Virus record (IMG/VR): IMGVR_UViG_3300033149_006574
Location: 1 to 64,000 of that record
DNA length: 64,000 bases
Strand: one strand, 5' to 3'
Origin: a virus
Shown: in pieces, positions 49,126 through 58,501 of the stretch
Position numbering within the stretch: position 1 is the first letter of the stretch
Layout of the letters: the number at the start of each line of letters is the position of its first letter
Translations under genes and position numbers: made by a program
The notes under the pieces: model-generated
What the model was told of the DNA's origin: nothing
What the model saw: only the letters and a program-made list of their open reading frames with translations
Database searches by the model: none

Positions 49126-49779
49126 AAAAGTGTAAAGTTGACGGTTTATTCCATCTGTGGAATTTGGAAAAAGGAATAAATGATTTGTTCGCAGAATATC
49201 CTATTCAAGAAATCAGAATATTCCCCCAGAAATTTGAAGGTGACCAAATGAAAGAAGAATTATTGTTTGCTGTTATCGGATTTTATGAAGAGGAGGAAGA
49301 ATGAAAAAACTGACAGAAAACGAAAAAGTTAAGTATGAGGTTTCCAAAGATGGAACGGGATTACTGGCTTATTTTGAAGACGGTAATTTTTACCACATCC
49401 ATAGTGATGAATTAACGAAATTGGAGAAGTGGATATTAGAAATGTTGAAAGGAATAGAAAAACTTGCTGATATAATAGCCGAATTTGTTGGCAGGTAAAA
49501 GCAAATGAATGATGTTAAATCCTTAAAAGAAAGTTTAAGAATGATTGAATTTTTATGTTACCTTTCCGCAGACCCAGCAAATGATACAAGCGAGCAAAAA
49601 CAAAAACTCATAGATACAATTTATGAAATAGCGCATTTACATTCTGGCTGTAAAAACAAGCATATAGAGTGGAGAAAGAATAGACAAAAACTAAAAAAAG
49701 AATTCAAAAAATGTGGATGGATTTGAGAAACAAGAGGTTCGCAAAACTCAACGGGATAAAACATTGGAAATGGGCTTAA

Positions 49780-50067
49780 ATGATGGACTACCCAATAATG
49801 GAACAATTAAATAAAATAGAAAAGTGGCCTATTAATTCCACAGATGACATAAAAAATTTAATTGATTATATAAGGCGACTATGGTGGTATTCAGAGACAG
49901 GTTTTGTTCTGAAAGGAAAACAGGTCTTACGATTAGAATTACATACATATGGCTGGAGCGGTAATGAAGATATAATAAGAGCATTAAGAAAAAATGATTT
50001 TTGGCTACTTTTCTGGGAAAAAAGCACAAGGGGCGGACATTATTGGTTTAAGATACCTTTATTTTGA
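49780..50067 (+). CDS. Conserved phage hypothetical protein
   Basis: LHT.GWSGNEDII.AL...W.S.RGGHY.F. Confidence 0.65.
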   Translation: MMDYPIMEQLNKIEKWPINSTDDIKNLIDYIRRLWWYSETGFVLKGKQVLRLELHTYGWSGNEDIIRALRKNDFWLLFWEKSTRGGHYWFKIPLF

Positions 50068-50080
50068 TTGGAGGTGGGAA

Positions 50081-50731
50081 ATGGAATATCCAAAAATCCA
50101 AACAATTTTCAAAAGAGATATGACCAAGAATGGCAAGATAATGGTTGACCATTATTCTATGCCAGAATTTGAATATCTGAAGGATAACAAATGGATATTT
50201 ACAGAGAAAGTAGATGGGACGAATATCAGGATAGAATGGAATGGCGAAATTGTAACAATAAAAGGAAAAACCGATAGAGCGTTAATACCAACCTTCCTTT
50301 TTATTCGCCTTCAAGAATTATTTGTTGAAAAAGATAGAACAAATATATTTAGAGAAGTATTTAGACCAAAAGATGATACAGAAAAAATAGATGTGTGTTT
50401 ATATGGTGAAGGATATGGCGCACGAATTCAAAAAGGCGGTGGAAATTATAAACCCGATGGGGTAGATTTTGTTTTAATAGACGTCAGAATTGGTTATTGG
50501 TGGCTTAAACGTGAAGATGTAGAAGATATTGCGAATAAGTTTGGAATAGAAGTTGTCCCAATAGTAGGAGAAGGAACATTGCAAGATATGGTAGAGAAGG
50601 TAAAAAATGGATTTAATTCTAAATGGGGCAATTTTTTGGCAGAAGGCATTGTAGCCAGACCAGAAATAGAATTAAAAGACAGAAAAGGCAGAAGGATAAT
50701 TACAAAACTGAAATATAAGGATTTCAAATGA
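50081..50731 (+). CDS. RNA ligase (Rnl2-like nucleotidyltransferase)
   Basis: YPKI, TEKVDGTN, LYGEGYG..IQK, F...DV, AEGIV, ITKLK; start ATG 50081 after GGAGG. Confidence 0.85.
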   Translation: MEYPKIQTIFKRDMTKNGKIMVDHYSMPEFEYLKDNKWIFTEKVDGTNIRIEWNGEIVTIKGKTDRALIPTFLFIRLQELFVEKDRTNIFREVFRPKDDTEKIDVCLYGEGYGARIQKGGGNYKPDGVDFVLIDVRIGYWWLKREDVEDIANKFGIEVVPIVGEGTLQDMVEKVKNGFNSKWGNFLAEGIVARPEIELKDRKGRRIITKLKYKDFK

Positions 50732-51075
50732 TGAAAACCACTCGCCAAAAAGGTAATTATTATCGCCTGAAGACCAAGCACTGGCTTGAAGCGCACGGGT
50801 GGACGGTGCAGGTCAGCGAGCGAAAAAAGATAAACTACTTCAGGGATAGGAAAACGGGAGAGTTGAAGCAGTTTTATGCACCGATAGATTTATTCGGTGC
50901 TGACCTTGTGGCAATGAACGGGCAGAACATCGTTTTTGTGCAGGTTAAGGCAGGAAAGAAAAATATCGCACAGGCACGGGCGGAGTTCTTATCATATCCG
51001 TTCCCAAAATGCGTCTGGCGATGGATTGTAAGTTGGAAGCCCAAAGCAAGAGAGCCAGAGGTAGAGGAAATCTAA
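50728..51075 (+). CDS. Hjc-like PD-(D/E)XK Holliday junction resolvase
   Basis: KG...L...GW.V, DLFGADLVA, FVQVK. Confidence 0.7.
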   Translation: MMKTTRQKGNYYRLKTKHWLEAHGWTVQVSERKKINYFRDRKTGELKQFYAPIDLFGADLVAMNGQNIVFVQVKAGKKNIAQARAEFLSYPFPKCVWRWIVSWKPKAREPEVEEI

Positions 51076-51159
51076 ATACTAATTAAATACTAATATCTAC
51101 TAAATTAGTATTTAGCAAGGAAATGAAAAAGAAGGGACATTTTGAAAAGGGGGTAAAAA

Positions 51160-51474
51160 ATGAGATTAGAAGGAGAGAAGGAACGGATTCATCTCTATGA
51201 TAAAGCGGAAGATGCAGTTTTGAAGCTATCAGATGGAAATCCTGGTGCATTAATAGTTCTAATAGACTTACTAAAACAACCATCAGGCTTATTGAGAATA
51301 TTAAGATTAGATGCTTTTGGTATATATGGACAATGGATATGGATAGCGTATAAAGATATTTGCAAAGGAAATATAGATCTTTTAATAGAAAAATTGATTA
51401 AGAATGGAGATGAACTGATAAAAGAAATTAAGGAAACGCAAGATTGGAAATACTATCATTCTACAACAGGGTGA
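51160..51474 (+). CDS. Conserved phage hypothetical protein
   Basis: LSDGNPGAL...LD..GIYG..IW...KD.C. Confidence 0.65.
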   Translation: MRLEGEKERIHLYDKAEDAVLKLSDGNPGALIVLIDLLKQPSGLLRILRLDAFGIYGQWIWIAYKDICKGNIDLLIEKLIKNGDELIKEIKETQDWKYYHSTTG

Positions 51475-51480
51475 TAAAAA

Positions 51481-52230
51481 ATGATTAAACCATATTACGA
51501 AGACGGAAATTCAGGGATTACGATATATAATAATGATTGTTCTGATATATTACCACAAATAGAAGAAAATAGTATTGATTTGGTTCTAACTGATCCGCCT
51601 TACGAGTTAGATTGGCGACAGAGTATAAATTTCAAAAATAGAAAATCAATGTTTCATCATAGAGAGGAAACACAAAAATGGGATAAGGACATAAGAACAA
51701 TATATAAGATAATCTTTAAAGAATTTGATCGGATAGTAAAATATACAGGTTCAGTAATTATGTTTGTGCGTTCTGAATATATTTCTTGGGCAATAGAAGA
51801 AGCAAAGAAAAATAATTTTGATAATAAAGCAACAATTGTTTGGCATAAAAAAAATCCGGTAATACAAGTGAGAAAAAAGAACTATTTATCTTCTATCGAA
51901 ACTATCTTATGGGTTGCCAGATGGGCAGAAAAATGCCCTTTTACTTTTAATTTTAAAACTCAAAATGAAATGCATAATTTTATTGAAATACCATTATGTG
52001 GAGGTAACGAACGAACGTGCCATCCAACACAAAAACCCTTAAAATTGATTAAACATTTATTGGAAATACATAGTAATGAAAATGATTTAATTCTTGACCC
52101 CTTTCTCGGTTCTGGCACAACCGCTGTTGCTTGCAAGCAATTAGGACGTAGATGTATCGGGATAGAGGTGTCAGGAAAGTATTGTGACATAGCAACTAAA
52201 CGTCTTTCACAAGAGTATTTGAAATTATGA
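51481..52230 (+). CDS. DNA N6-adenine methyltransferase (beta class)
   Basis: TDPPY; HPTQKP; DPFLGSGTT. Confidence 0.92.
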   Translation: MIKPYYEDGNSGITIYNNDCSDILPQIEENSIDLVLTDPPYELDWRQSINFKNRKSMFHHREETQKWDKDIRTIYKIIFKEFDRIVKYTGSVIMFVRSEYISWAIEEAKKNNFDNKATIVWHKKNPVIQVRKKNYLSSIETILWVARWAEKCPFTFNFKTQNEMHNFIEIPLCGGNERTCHPTQKPLKLIKHLLEIHSNENDLILDPFLGSGTTAVACKQLGRRCIGIEVSGKYCDIATKRLSQEYLKL

Positions 52231-52817
52231 AAAAATATCAAATAATTTATTGTGATCCTCCATGGGAATTCAAAGGAAACTATGGGAAAATAGGAAATAG
52301 CAAATTAAGCGGTTATGGGGCAGAATTAAGATATCCTTTAATGAAAGATAAAGATATTCTTGAATTACCAATTCAAAGAATTATTGATAATGATTGTGCT
52401 TTATTTTTATGGGTAGTTAATTCAAAACTTGATTTCGGAATTGAAGTATTAAAAAAATGGGGATTTCAATATAAACAAATTGCATTTTGTTGGATAAAAA
52501 CCTCGCAGAAAGGAATCCCAAATTGTAGATTAGGTTATTGGACATTAGGGGGAGCGGAATTATGTCTTTTGGGGATTAGAGGACATATGGGCAATAAAAG
52601 AAAAGTCAAAAACATTAGACAAGTTTTATTATATCCAAGGATTGGACATTCTAAAAAGCCACCTCAGATAAGAAAAAATATAGAATTATTATTTGGAGAT
52701 TTGCCCCGTATAGAATTATTTGCCAATGAAAGGGTAGAAGGATGGGATACAATAGGATATGGGATAGATGGGAAAGATATTAAACAAAGCCTTGAAGAGT
52801 TGGATGGTAAATCATGA
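52227..52817 (+). CDS. MT-A70-family adenine methyltransferase
   Basis: CDPPW, LFLWV, HSKKP, IELFA. Confidence 0.9.
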   Translation: MKKYQIIYCDPPWEFKGNYGKIGNSKLSGYGAELRYPLMKDKDILELPIQRIIDNDCALFLWVVNSKLDFGIEVLKKWGFQYKQIAFCWIKTSQKGIPNCRLGYWTLGGAELCLLGIRGHMGNKRKVKNIRQVLLYPRIGHSKKPPQIRKNIELLFGDLPRIELFANERVEGWDTIGYGIDGKDIKQSLEELDGKS

Positions 52818-53140
52818 GCAAAGAAATTACAGATATTGATTTTAAAAAGGAAGTTATAGATTCCGATAAAATTATATTAATAGATTTCTGGGCTCCTTGG
52901 TGCGTTCCATGCTTGCAACAAAAATCAATTCTTGAGAAACTTGAAAAAGAATATAAGGGAAAAATAAGATTTTTAAATATTAATATTGATAAGAATCAGG
53001 TATTTGCCAGTAGGTATTTAATAATGAACATCCCTAATTGCCTAATATTTAAGGACGGAAAACCAATTGAACAAATTGTAGGGCTTGTTTCTACGAATAA
53101 ATTAAGAGAAGCCCTTGATAGGATATTAATGGAGGGATAA
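52814..53140 (+). CDS. trxA: Thioredoxin
   Basis: DFWAPWCVPC, IP, FKDGK. Confidence 0.9.
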   Translation: MSKEITDIDFKKEVIDSDKIILIDFWAPWCVPCLQQKSILEKLEKEYKGKIRFLNINIDKNQVFASRYLIMNIPNCLIFKDGKPIEQIVGLVSTNKLREALDRILMEG

Positions 53141-53141
53141 A

Positions 53142-54635
53142 ATGAAAAAGCTCTTTAATGCTGAACAGGAATCATGGGTCTTACAAGAAATAGAAAAACA
53201 TTCATTTTTTGAGGATATTCTAAAGGGATTGGAAGATACTTGGAAATTAAAGGTAACTCCAACACAGTTCCGTAATTGGTGCGGGAACAAAAGAATAAAT
53301 TATCCTCCACATAAGAATGCCCCTGGTTATTCACCAGAGGAAATAGCATGGTTAAGGAAAAAGGCAGAGGAATATCAACCATATCCTATAAAGATGTGGG
53401 AAGTATTACAAGAATTTAATAAGAAATTTAGTCAACGCTCAAGGGCAGGATTACTTTCTAAATTAGAAGATTTGGGATATACTAATTTTGCATGGACTGA
53501 AAGCGGATATGAAAGAAAAGCAAAAAAAATGGGTTTGGTTGAAAAACAAGAGATGCCCCTCTCCTTTGAAATACTAGAGGCAAAATATCTAAGGGCATTA
53601 AATCTCCAAAAAAAGAAAAATAGGGAGCTTATAAGAAGAATAGCAGAACAAGAGACAATAAAAGAAGCAATAATTTCTCATATAGAGGCTTTACCACCAG
53701 CGCCGATTCCAACATTTCATCTTGAGGCAACAAAAAAATCTCATTTTCTACCAGTTGCATTACTTGGAGATTTACATGCAGGACAGATTGTAGTAAAGGA
53801 AGAAGTTGCGGGATTTGGTGAATATAATTGGTCAGTATTTGTAGCAAGATTTGAACATTGGGTAAATATGTTAATTCGTTTATGTATGGGAGATTTAAAA
53901 GAAAATTATGAAATGAATGAACTAGGAATATTAATGCTCGGAGATTTCGTTAGCGGTGAAATTCATGATGAATTAAAAGCTTCACAAAATATGGGTATGA
54001 TAGAGCAAGTAGTTATGACTGCTTTCGTATTAGCACAGGGACTAAGAGAATTAGCTCATTGGTTTGAAAGAATTGATATTGGTTGTGTTGTTGGAAATCA
54101 TGGAAGAATAACGCAAAAGCCAACATTCTCAAGAAATTGGCAAAGTTATGACTGGCTTGTTTATTTTATCGCAATGATAATGCTTAAAGAGCAGAAAAAT
54201 ATAATATGGAAATTACCAATGTCTTTCTTTGATCTAAAGGAATTTAATGGGCAACATTTTTGTTACATGCACGGGGACAACATACGAATGTATCAACAGA
54301 TCCCCCACTATTCGATAGAGCGAGCAATTGGTCGTATCACACAACTTTTAAATTCCAGGCGCCAATTTGCTGACTATTTCATATTTGGACATTTTCATAA
54401 TTCAGCTGATATTCAACAATGTACGGGCAGAAGGATAATAAATGGTGGCTTTGCAGGAGCAGATCCGTTCTCTTTAAAGGCAATGCTTGTTAGTGCGGAT
54501 CCGGAGCAATTAGTTTTAGGGGTTCATAGAGAAAAGGGTATTCCCTGGGAACGTAGAATAATGCTTAAATATGCTAAGCCTAAACCAGAAAAATATATCT
54601 ATCAAGTTCCTGAAATGGAAAACGCAGTTCTGTAA
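53142..54635 (+). CDS. Calcineurin-like metallophosphoesterase with N-terminal HTH/coiled-coil region
   Basis: GDLH, GD..SG..H, GNHGR, HGD, GHFH. Confidence 0.85.
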   Translation: MKKLFNAEQESWVLQEIEKHSFFEDILKGLEDTWKLKVTPTQFRNWCGNKRINYPPHKNAPGYSPEEIAWLRKKAEEYQPYPIKMWEVLQEFNKKFSQRSRAGLLSKLEDLGYTNFAWTESGYERKAKKMGLVEKQEMPLSFEILEAKYLRALNLQKKKNRELIRRIAEQETIKEAIISHIEALPPAPIPTFHLEATKKSHFLPVALLGDLHAGQIVVKEEVAGFGEYNWSVFVARFEHWVNMLIRLCMGDLKENYEMNELGILMLGDFVSGEIHDELKASQNMGMIEQVVMTAFVLAQGLRELAHWFERIDIGCVVGNHGRITQKPTFSRNWQSYDWLVYFIAMIMLKEQKNIIWKLPMSFFDLKEFNGQHFCYMHGDNIRMYQQIPHYSIERAIGRITQLLNSRRQFADYFIFGHFHNSADIQQCTGRRIINGGFAGADPFSLKAMLVSADPEQLVLGVHREKGIPWERRIMLKYAKPKPEKYIYQVPEMENAVL

Positions 54636-54656
54636 AAAGGAAAAGGAGAGAGCAAA

Positions 54657-55010
54657 ATGGAGAAAATTAGATACGCTTCAGGAATTAGATTAAAATTAAC
54701 TCACCCACGCTTGCCAGAAGAAGAGCCAAATCATAAAAAAAGAGTGGAAATTCCATTAACTCAGAGGGATTGGTACGAAATATATTGTGGCAATTGTATG
54801 CATAATGGTGGACCAAAATTTATAGAGCAAAATCCAGATTGGTTTCTTTGTCCTGCAATATGGCGAGTATCCAGGCCACCCTGTCTTAAAAAAATAAGAG
54901 ATATGATACCACCAGAATTAGAAGAAAGAGCTAAGGAATGGTTAAGAGAAGCAAAAAAAGAGATTACACGTAAAAAACCTCCAGATGGCGAAGAGAAGAT
55001 ATCCTCGTAA
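54657..55010 (+). CDS. Cys-containing hypothetical protein
   Basis: CGNC...CP...PC. Confidence 0.5.
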   Translation: MEKIRYASGIRLKLTHPRLPEEEPNHKKRVEIPLTQRDWYEIYCGNCMHNGGPKFIEQNPDWFLCPAIWRVSRPPCLKKIRDMIPPELEERAKEWLREAKKEITRKKPPDGEEKISS

Positions 55011-55284
55011 ATTAAAACTAATTTTTTTTGATCCCCAAATTCTTGATAAATTTTGGGCGTATCAACCAAAAGAACCGTTAACCAAAGAACGATATCTTCT
55101 TTACAAAAAATTAAATAAAGGAATTAAAAAACTAACCCATAGGCAAAGGAGCTGTCTTAAATTAAGATTCTGGAAACAATATTCAACAACAAAAATAGCA
55201 AATAAATTAAAAATTAGTCGTAGAACCGTTAGAGTGCATATCGAAAGGGCAATAAATAAATTAAGAAAATTTTTAGTCATTTAA
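54985..55284 (+). CDS. Sigma70 region-4-like HTH regulator
   Basis: LT.RQR..L.LRF...S..KIA.KL.ISR.TV..HI.RA..KLR. Confidence 0.8.
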   Translation: MAKRRYPRKLKLIFFDPQILDKFWAYQPKEPLTKERYLLYKKLNKGIKKLTHRQRSCLKLRFWKQYSTTKIANKLKISRRTVRVHIERAINKLRKFLVI

Positions 55285-55285
55285 A

Positions 55286-55987
55286 ATGGAAAGAATTTGC
55301 ATTGGCTCCATTATTAGGGATAGAGAATGGATTCTACCCGCCTTTTTCAATCATATATTAAACATAGAATATCCAAAGGAAAAAATAGATTTAATATTTC
55401 TCTTTAATGATATATCTGATAATTCACTAGATTGCGTTCCATTGGCTTCTTTGAGAGATTATCATTCATTAAATTTGTTTAACCTATATTTTGGTGCTCA
55501 ACCAGATCGAAGGGATGGAAAAAGAAGACAAAGATTCAAGCATTTCGCATTCTTGAGAAATACTTTAAAAGATTATTTCCTTTTACTTACTAAAGCTAAA
55601 TATCTCCTCAGTATAGATAGCGATATATTAGTTTATCCCAAAGCGCTAGAAATATTATTATCACAACAAAAAGATATTATCTCGGCATTAATCACTAATG
55701 ATTATGGAAGGGGAAAATATACAAATGCATTAATGCAAATAGATATTGGAAAGTATAAACATTTAGATTTTGAACAACCTATTTTGCAATGCATCCCTTG
55801 CGATGTAACCGGTGCCTGTTGTCTTATAAAAAGAGAAGTATTTGAAAAAGGTGTTCATTGGGACTATGATTCCTGGGGAGAGGATATTTATTTTTCTAAT
55901 CAAGCAAGGGAAATGGGATTTAATTTATTTACCATAAAAGGGATAGCAAGACATATCATGGGACCAGAAATGCTAGCCCAGAAGTGA
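55286..55987 (+). CDS. GT-A (family 2-like) glycosyltransferase
   Basis: LRN, SIDSD (DxD), TGAC.LI.R.VF, GED..F, H. Confidence 0.85.
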   Translation: MERICIGSIIRDREWILPAFFNHILNIEYPKEKIDLIFLFNDISDNSLDCVPLASLRDYHSLNLFNLYFGAQPDRRDGKRRQRFKHFAFLRNTLKDYFLLLTKAKYLLSIDSDILVYPKALEILLSQQKDIISALITNDYGRGKYTNALMQIDIGKYKHLDFEQPILQCIPCDVTGACCLIKREVFEKGVHWDYDSWGEDIYFSNQAREMGFNLFTIKGIARHIMGPEMLAQK

Positions 55988-56021
55988 ACACCCCTCTACC
56001 TAACGGAAAGAGAGTGTTCAC
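55984..56021. terminator. Hairpin at the convergence of the two arms
   Basis: GTGAACAC...GTGTTCAC between convergent stop codons. Confidence 0.55.
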
Positions 56022-56536
56022 GTAGGTTTCACTACTTGACGCCATCCCAAGTTATATCTGACATAATTTCTCAATGCGGCTGGGGTAGATTGGGCAGAAA
56101 TCCCCAAAAGTAATCCCTGCATTTGTAGTCCTGAAATTACTGCCTCTGAACAATAGTATGCCCAGGGCAATTGTTTGAAAAATTTACAGATTTTCGCAAA
56201 AACGCCAAGCCCATCATATATCGTTTTTCCATCCTGACCAACATACCACCACCCAAGAGCAATTACTTTCTGCTTTGGCAATGGTATCTCGTAGAACTCG
56301 TAAGTATCGTTTTTCCATCTGTCAGGATTATCCTGATGTGGCAGAAATTGCTCACTTCTCATTCTTGGCCAGCCCATTTCATACAACCTGCCAGCGAAAG
56401 GATATTTACAGGTATCGTTTATATCCTCTTCCTGTTCACCGAATATATCAAATGTATGAGACCAACCAGGAGAGAATAACCTTATCAGCCGAGATACCCA
56501 AGTATCAGATCGTGAGAAACCAATGTATGTTTTCAT
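56018..56536 (-). CDS. Permuted papain-like (NlpC/P60, YiiX/YebB-like) enzyme
   Basis: SRLIR...WSH (His before Cys), YD, YYCSE, TP..L; likely start ATG 56536. Confidence 0.75.
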   Translation of the reverse strand: MKTYIGFSRSDTWVSRLIRLFSPGWSHTFDIFGEQEEDINDTCKYPFAGRLYEMGWPRMRSEQFLPHQDNPDRWKNDTYEFYEIPLPKQKVIALGWWYVGQDGKTIYDGLGVFAKICKFFKQLPWAYYCSEAVISGLQMQGLLLGISAQSTPAALRNYVRYNLGWRQVVKPT

Positions 56537-56639
56537 TTTTTTTGACTTCCTTTTTGTCACTATTTTTGTCAAGAATTTATCCTTATTTTTCAATCAGATT
56601 CAAAGATTATCCACAAATTTTTGTCAATTATTTTGTCAA

Positions 56640-56789
56640 TTACCCTAGTCGCCCTGCACCCTTACCTTTTCCAGCGCCTCTGCCATAGCCAGATCCTCCA
56701 CTGCGACAGCCCCCTGTGTTCTGATTCCTATGTCCACCCCCACTTCTACCCCGGCCTTTTCCGCTTCCATTTTTTGCACCGTAAGCCAT
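56640..56789 (-). CDS. 49-aa Gly/Arg-rich peptide
   Basis: AGGAGG-5 nt-ATG; MAYGAKNGSGKGRGRSGGGHRNQNTGGCRSGGSGYGRGAGKGKGAGRLG. Confidence 0.7.
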   Translation of the reverse strand: MAYGAKNGSGKGRGRSGGGHRNQNTGGCRSGGSGYGRGAGKGKGAGRLG

Positions 56790-56896
56790 TTTAACCTCCT
56801 TTTTTCAAAGAGCGGGGGGTCTTTTACCGTCAAAAATCTCTCAACAGCCCGTCCGTATCAGTTAGAGATTTTGAGAGCAAAAGGGATTAACTTTAA

Positions 56897-57088
56897 TTAT
56901 TTCCCCGCTCCCTTATCTTCTTCAATCTTTTTCTTTGTTCTTAGCCCTGCGTAACCAAGAACAAGCCCAATAAGCTCTACGCATTCAACATTCGTAAGCC
57001 CAAGATTGAGCTTTTTGTTTAAGATGATTAACAGTAGTGCAAGCCCAACAAGCAAAAATTCCGATGTTTTAAAACCAGATTTTTTCAT
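56897..57088 (-). CDS. Holin-like two-TM protein
   Basis: K.GFKTSEF N-terminus, two TM helices, charged tail. Confidence 0.65.
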   Translation of the reverse strand: MKKSGFKTSEFLLVGLALLLIILNKKLNLGLTNVECVELIGLVLGYAGLRTKKKIEEDKGAGK

Positions 57089-57211
57089 TGAAAACCTCCC
57101 AGTTTTTTCAAATCATATTCAAAATCAGAAAATGCCCTTTGAATGGCTTTTCTGACCTTGCCAGACGCAAAATATTGCGATTCAAGCCCCCTAAAATTCT
57201 TTTTAGGTATA

Positions 57212-57430
57212 TTATCCTGTCTGGGAATTTTTATCCACATATAATAATCCACAATAAGGGCAAAAAGCCTGTTCAAGGTCGCCATAAAAAACACAGCCAC
57301 AGAAAGGACAGGTATATCTCACTAAATAATCCCTTCTATATTCTCCCGTCCTATCATCGTGATATGTTTCTCTTACAAATCCAATCATTTTTAATGTTGG
57401 GGCTGACGGATTTACGACCTGCCTAAACAT
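57212..57430 (-). CDS. Zn-ribbon protein
   Basis: CPFCG...CPYCG. Confidence 0.55.
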   Translation of the reverse strand: MFRQVVNPSAPTLKMIGFVRETYHDDRTGEYRRDYLVRYTCPFCGCVFYGDLEQAFCPYCGLLYVDKNSQTG

Positions 57431-57532
57431 AAATCCGCTACTTTATCATTGCTCTTGGTCACCAAAAGAGCAACCTCTCGGCAAGAAGTCCCCAGTTTCC
57501 TGCCGCACCCCGCTTACAGGCCAAACAGGGTG

Positions 57533-58063
57533 TTAGAACCTATATCCATAATTCGTCTTGACTATCCAAGCGGGTCTTGAACCTGTTACCGCATTGACCC
57601 TTATTTCAGGTTCGGCAAAGAACTTATCCCCGAACTTCTTTGATATCCTTACGCCGAATATATTTCTTTCAAGATTAGTTTTCAAGGATACATCAAAATA
57701 CTTGTCTTTATAGCCAAGCGATATTAAGAACCTTGGGTTTTTCCATTCAAGCAACGAAAATGTTGTCCCGTAATACAGGCGCTCTCCTCTTGTTATGCTT
57801 GCTTCCTGTGAGTTTATCTTCCCTGCACCATCATATACCCACTTTGCATCTACCTTGTAATCAGCCACAAAGTCAAATCTACCACAGGATAGGGTATGAA
57901 AGTAACAAGTGTTACCTTCGCTCCTCTGAACCCCGAATTCAGCCACTGCTTTTGGCTTCTCAAACTTTTGAGATATACCCCAGTTAAATGGTAGCCCCTC
58001 GCCCTGCGGACTTCCAAACATTATACTGCCTGAAATTATCAATCCTGTTAGGAATTCCCACAT
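57533..58063 (-). CDS. Putative outer-membrane beta-barrel protein
   Basis: Hydrophobic N-terminus, alternating beta-strand pattern, C-terminal NYGYRF. Confidence 0.5.
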   Translation of the reverse strand: MWEFLTGLIISGSIMFGSPQGEGLPFNWGISQKFEKPKAVAEFGVQRSEGNTCYFHTLSCGRFDFVADYKVDAKWVYDGAGKINSQEASITRGERLYYGTTFSLLEWKNPRFLISLGYKDKYFDVSLKTNLERNIFGVRISKKFGDKFFAEPEIRVNAVTGSRPAWIVKTNYGYRF

Positions 58064-58064
58064 T

Positions 58065-58334
58065 TTATCCTCCGAATTTTATTATCGCTCCCATATATCC
58101 GATAATTGCAGAAAGCGTGCCGATGATTAAAGTAACTACCCAATGCGGTCTCTGATATGTCTGGACGATTAAATTGACCATCTGCTTCTGTAATCCTTCT
58201 ATCTGACCACGCAAATGCTCAATATGATTATCTTTCAAATCCCGAATATCATCACGAAGTTCGTAAACCTTCTGCTCTAATTTCGCTAATCTCTCTCCAG
58301 TAGAATATACTTTGCTATTATTATTTTCACCCAT
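58065..58334 (-). CDS. Coiled-coil + C-terminal TM protein (XhlA/holin-like)
   Basis: ERLAKLE...DNHIEHL...P.WV TM. Confidence 0.6.
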   Translation of the reverse strand: MGENNNSKVYSTGERLAKLEQKVYELRDDIRDLKDNHIEHLRGQIEGLQKQMVNLIVQTYQRPHWVVTLIIGTLSAIIGYMGAIIKFGG

Positions 58335-58501
58335 CAGAGTATCTCCTTATGTTTGTTATCTGGCATTTGCTTAATAAACTTCGGCAACTGCTTTGATATT
58401 TTCAACAACGACTCCTTATCCCACGCCGACTGAACTCCTATAATCTTGCCCGTCGGTGGGTCTACAATAAGTATCGTATATTTCTTTGACAATTCACTCA
58501 T
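58334..58501 (-). CDS. Small hypothetical protein (55 aa)
   Basis: Hand translation MSELSKKYTILIVDP...; coupled to both neighbours. Confidence 0.5.
   Translation of the reverse strand: MSELSKKYTILIVDPPTGKIIGVQSAWDKESLLKISKQLPKFIKQMPDNKHKEIL

Noticed and set aside
51072-51115. TAAATACTAAT tandem/inverted repeat
   Set aside because: Low-complexity AT-rich hairpin; possibly a weak terminator or local duplication, with no further support.
56645-56833. ORF-track 62-aa minus ORF
   Set aside because: The SD-supported frame is the Gly-rich peptide at 56640-56789.
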